A stretch of 63,844 nucleotides of DNA, filler included. It is 11 parts of 11 records of this genome, joined end to end, with 100 filler letters (N's around TTAATTAATTAA, not from the genome) between each part and the next. Parts side by side here need not be neighbours in the genome. Positions count along the whole stretch, not along the records: positions 55,627 to 60,610 come from SRR15195285_1433; positions 60,711 to 63,844 come from SRR15195285_1442; 9 more parts are not named here. One strand, written 5' to 3'. The position numbers and the translations under genes are program-made. Below, one piece after another: positions 60,560 through 63,844 of this stretch. A model generated the notes under the pieces. It saw nothing but the letters and a program-made list of their open reading frames with translations. It was not told the DNA's origin and did no database searches. The first letter of the stretch is position 1. Each line of letters starts with the position of its first letter.

Positions 60560-61329
60560 AGCACGCACACTATAATGTAGCTCTGTACTGAGCGCTTACA
60601 CGCCAAAGCCNNNNNNNNNNNNNNNNNNNNNNNNNNNNNNNNNNNNNNNNNNNNTTAATTAATTAANNNNNNNNNNNNNNNNNNNNNNNNNNNNNNNNNN
60701 NNNNNNNNNNAATGGTCATAAAAATGTATCGATACCGCCACCGCCCGCTGCATGATGGACTCGACGAACGAGGTGTATTTGAGTATGTCACTGAACAGGA
60801 ACTGGTCGCTAGAGGGTACAGCAAGCCAATTCCGATGCAGTGCTTATTCGACACGGTGTATTTATATATATGTGTTTATATTCGACACACGGTGTATTTC
60901 GATGACTCCTCGGCAGATTGAGAGATTTGGGGTGGATTCTTGTAATTGCATGCATGTGTCAACACATGCACGCGTGGCGCGCGCGCGCGCGCCGGCCGGG
61001 TTGCATGCTGTTGCGCTGGTAGCCTGATACATGTACGGCGACGCAACTACCGCCTGTTCGAGGTGTATGGGCCGGGTAACGCTACAACAACTGCTCACGC
61101 CAGTGTCCACGCTACACGGGCCACCTGTCTGGTACATCCGCACTCGGAAACGACGAAATCGGAAATTTCGGGGAATTTATTATTAACCAGTAACCTTGAA
61201 CTGTCTTTTTGAGTGCGATCTTGGTAGCTGCACGCGCACTACAATCATGATTGTAGTGGTCGTGTTAGCGACAATCTGGCACCAGGAACAACATCTCACA
61301 TTATGGCGTTTTGTCTCGCGTGCTATCAC

Positions 61330-63843
61330 TCAGTCATACAAGATTCCGTCGTTGCTAGTGCTGTCTGCGAGAAGCTCTGGCTCCGCCTCATTGCTACTAT
61401 CATCGCTCGCAATAAGCTCAGGTTCCGGTTCCAACTCTGGCTGCAGCTCAGGTTCACATTGCGACAAAGCCAAGTCGGGGATCTCCTTCAGAATACGGCT
61501 ACAGAGTAGCTTACAATTGGCCTCAAAGTCCTTCTGAAATAGTGGCTGGCGAGGTGTGGGCAAGCTGTTCATTGTCAGCTTGGCCCGAAAGAACCCAGCG
61601 AGCTTCTGCTCCTTAGTCGTGTCGCCCAAAAACGCTCCCTTTGGTACGTTGCCTGTAAACGTGTCGTCCACGCGGACAAGGAAAATATGGGATTCCGGGA
61701 GTGTCTTCAGAATCTTCTCAAGTTCCTTGCGGCATTGCTTGCTCTTCCAGAACGCGTCAGACGGCATGACGATAGCAAACTTAGCCTTGTCCAGGCAACC
61801 AAACCACTCAACCTCCCAGTCACGGCCTGCCGGGACCATCTTGCCGTTGAACGTTGTGATCTTCTGCTGCCGCAGTGCGTTGGCTATCGCCCACATGCGC
61901 TGCTTGCCACGTTCGTTGTCCGTGCCAGAGGCGTATGAAAAGATGCCACTCGGAAAGTCGGTTTCGCAGTCGAACGGAGTCGCATCGTATTCTGGTGAGC
62001 TCGCATCTACTTGCGCTGGCTCCGGCTCCGTCCCGTCCCGCAAGGCCTCCGGAGGCAGCCCCTCACGAATCACTTGCTTGTTTGGAAAAGCTTGCCGAAT
62101 AATCTCTTTCAGCATGGCTGGAACTTCGTGCTCCTGCCTGCGGAAAGAAGGCATGAGGATGAAGCAAATATCATCCTTCAGCCGCAGATTCGCCTCGACA
62201 TATTCATGCACAGCACCACCGTCTTTGCCGCCAGTGCGCGCTCGCGACTTCTCAAGTGCAAAGTCCGGCTTGCCGTGCCGCAGTTCCGTCTCCATGACGC
62301 CGACGAAGCGCAGATTCTGCTGGCGTGCCATTCTCATCTCCTCGTGACAGAACCACCGTGTGAAGGTTCCCTCGTACTCGCCCGCCGCGTCCGCGACGCT
62401 CTCACCTGCTTGCACAGATTCTTTGCGTCCACTCAGGCAGATCAGCAGGCACTCCGATTTGGTCACGCCGTCCTTCATCCCCGCCAGGTTTCGCTTTGTC
62501 GCAGCCACGCCATTGTCGTACCACACCTTGTATCCGAGTTCTTGCAGCTCCAGACACAGGAGGTTCGACTGATCGCCACCTGATCCTTGGTGGTGGCAGA
62601 TGAAGAAGTGGTACTGCTTGCCTGCTGAGAGTGCTGCGACTTCGAGAAGCTGAAACTCGCACTGTCGCTCATTGGGCGGAGAGACCGGTGGCGACGGTTG
62701 ATCAGCGGAGACCACCTTTAGGTCAAAAACCAGCTTGCCTTTCCGGTCGCCGTTCACGTCGATGAACGCGTTGCAGCCGTAGACGTCTGGCTCCGCTCTG
62801 CGAAGGCACCGGACGAGAAACTGCGCGTTGCCTGTGCTGCCATCCCACTTGAAGTTGTCGACGGTATCTTCGACCTCAAAAGCCTCATCAGGCAGCATCA
62901 ACGTCACCGTCACGTCCACTCCGACCGCCAGGTCGAACTGCTTGCGGGTGCTGGCCTCCACTTTGGGTCGAACTGCTTGGCGGGCAGCCTGGACCACAGC
63001 GTCCACCTGAGCCGCCACGAAAGCCTTGATGTCCATGCTGAACACCTTGCCGTTGTTAGGGATTGTCGCGGGCGCGAAGCACGAGAAGTTCACCAAGCCA
63101 TGCGGCTCACACGCCGGCTCAGGCTCCGGGTATCGATACGGGTGCAACTTCTCCGCTCGTTGGCGATGCAGACACTTTCTCTCCTTCGCCGTTTTTGCAT
63201 AGCTGCACTGCGGACAAATGAATGCTACGTCGTCCCGACGTGCATCATCGTCTGGATCGTCCCAACGGCGCATGCACCTGATGCAATTTCCACTCGTGTT
63301 ATGCACAAGCACACCCCCTGCGAAATAACAGTTGGTTTCTGCTACCTCGAAATTAAATACATCGTAGCGTTCCTCAGTCTCTTGCACAGACACAATGGTG
63401 CTCTGTAAGCCGCCAGAATTCAGCAGCTTCGCACCAACACACAGTTGTACCGGGTCGACAATCTGGTCGGTTACGAGTTTTGGTGTATGGGCAGCCCAGC
63501 AACACTGATCCACGAGCCAGTACGGATGATTGGAGGTGCAGACGATCTGCGTTTCAGCGCCACCGCTGTCACGGATAGTGACCAGTACGATGTTTGGTAG
63601 TTGTGACCTCGCCGTCGTCGAAACGACGAAGCTAAGCCGCTCCTTCTTCTGCAGGTGATCGTAGCTCAGCACAGCGTCGCCCTGGCGCACTAGCTCGATT
63701 GCCTTAGTGGTGCCGTCAGCCATCGTAATCGTCGTCCCAGCGACAAAGCAGCCGCCTCTTAGTCTCACAGCCAGGTGCAACGTTACCTCGGAGTCATACT
63801 TACGAGCTTGAAATTCTGTCGCTGTTGCCTCTGATAGCTTGTC
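61330..63843 (-). CDS. Ubiquitin-like tail / Hint domain / Zn-ribbon / beta-sandwich / TIR / TIR protein (5' partial, frame open to the window end)
   Basis: The frame reads ..YDSEVTLHLAVRLRGG-CFVAGT..CTSNHPY..VFNFEV..GVLVHN-TSG. TIRs: HFFICHHQG..WFCHEE and IFSYASG..SKQCRKEL. Confidence 0.88.
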   Translation of the reverse strand, partial: DKLSEATATEFQARKYDSEVTLHLAVRLRGGCFVAGTTITMADGTTKAIELVRQGDAVLSYDHLQKKERLSFVVSTTARSQLPNIVLVTIRDSGGAETQIVCTSNHPYWLVDQCCWAAHTPKLVTDQIVDPVQLCVGAKLLNSGGLQSTIVSVQETEERYDVFNFEVAETNCYFAGGVLVHNTSGNCIRCMRRWDDPDDDARRDDVAFICPQCSYAKTAKERKCLHRQRAEKLHPYRYPEPEPACEPHGLVNFSCFAPATIPNNGKVFSMDIKAFVAAQVDAVVQAARQAVRPKVEASTRKQFDLAVGVDVTVTLMLPDEAFEVEDTVDNFKWDGSTGNAQFLVRCLRRAEPDVYGCNAFIDVNGDRKGKLVFDLKVVSADQPSPPVSPPNERQCEFQLLEVAALSAGKQYHFFICHHQGSGGDQSNLLCLELQELGYKVWYDNGVAATKRNLAGMKDGVTKSECLLICLSGRKESVQAGESVADAAGEYEGTFTRWFCHEEMRMARQQNLRFVGVMETELRHGKPDFALEKSRARTGGKDGGAVHEYVEANLRLKDDICFILMPSFRRQEHEVPAMLKEIIRQAFPNKQVIREGLPPEALRDGTEPEPAQVDASSPEYDATPFDCETDFPSGIFSYASGTDNERGKQRMWAIANALRQQKITTFNGKMVPAGRDWEVEWFGCLDKAKFAIVMPSDAFWKSKQCRKELEKILKTLPESHIFLVRVDDTFTGNVPKGAFLGDTTKEQKLAGFFRAKLTMNSLPTPRQPLFQKDFEANCKLLCSRILKEIPDLALSQCEPELQPELEPEPELIASDDSSNEAEPELLADSTSNDGILYD
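63298..63750 (-). other. Hint (intein-like autoprocessing) domain, 151 aa, no endonuclease
   Basis: Cys1 at 63748-63750; block B TxxH (TSNH); block F VFNFEV; terminal His-Asn at 63298-63303; Thr+1 at 63295-63297. Confidence 0.92.
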
Positions 63844-63844
63844 T

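Noticed and set aside
4150-60710. Ten regularly structured TTAATTAATTAA elements
   Set aside because: Each sits in the middle of a fixed 100-nt N spacer. It is an assembly concatenation linker, not biology.
60750-60910. Short degenerate repeats (TCGAC..GGTGTATTT) downstream of the Hint-TIR gene
   Set aside because: Only three irregular copies at a contig edge; too little to support a structure.
63298-63750. Mobile homing intein
   Set aside because: It is only 151 aa with no LAGLIDADG or HNH endonuclease, and it sits between domains rather than inside a conserved host active site. It is better read as a domesticated Hint domain.

Overview
This window is not one locus. It is 11 eukaryotic contigs joined by artificial 100-nt spacers (N-run + TTAATTAATTAA + N-run). 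The genes are GC-rich and carry short GT-AG introns, consistent with a protist draft genome, MAG or SAG; the lineage cannot be fixed from sequence alone. Recognisable genes: two ankyrin proteins, a kinesin-13-like motor, an aldehyde oxidase/xanthine dehydrogenase-family enzyme, a cyclic-nucleotide-domain K+ channel, a chromodomain protein, a 3101-aa four-domain voltage-gated-type channel, a Piezo-like channel, an AGTRAP-like protein, an Urb2-like protein, derlin, NPRL2, proteasome ATPase RPT1 and two large Cys-rich surface proteins. Three architectures stand out. (1) At the window end, a ubiquitin-like LRGG tail is fused directly to a Hint (intein-like) domain, followed by a Zn-ribbon, a beta-sandwich and two TIR domains, suggesting a self-processing immune/NADase protein. 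(2) A complete CIB-like EF-hand protein is fused in frame to a TMC channel with a C-terminal PX domain. (3) A TET/JBP-like 2OG-Fe(II) dioxygenase is embedded with SH3-like, LysM-like, HMG and WW domains. All family calls come from motifs recognised by eye; no database search was run.
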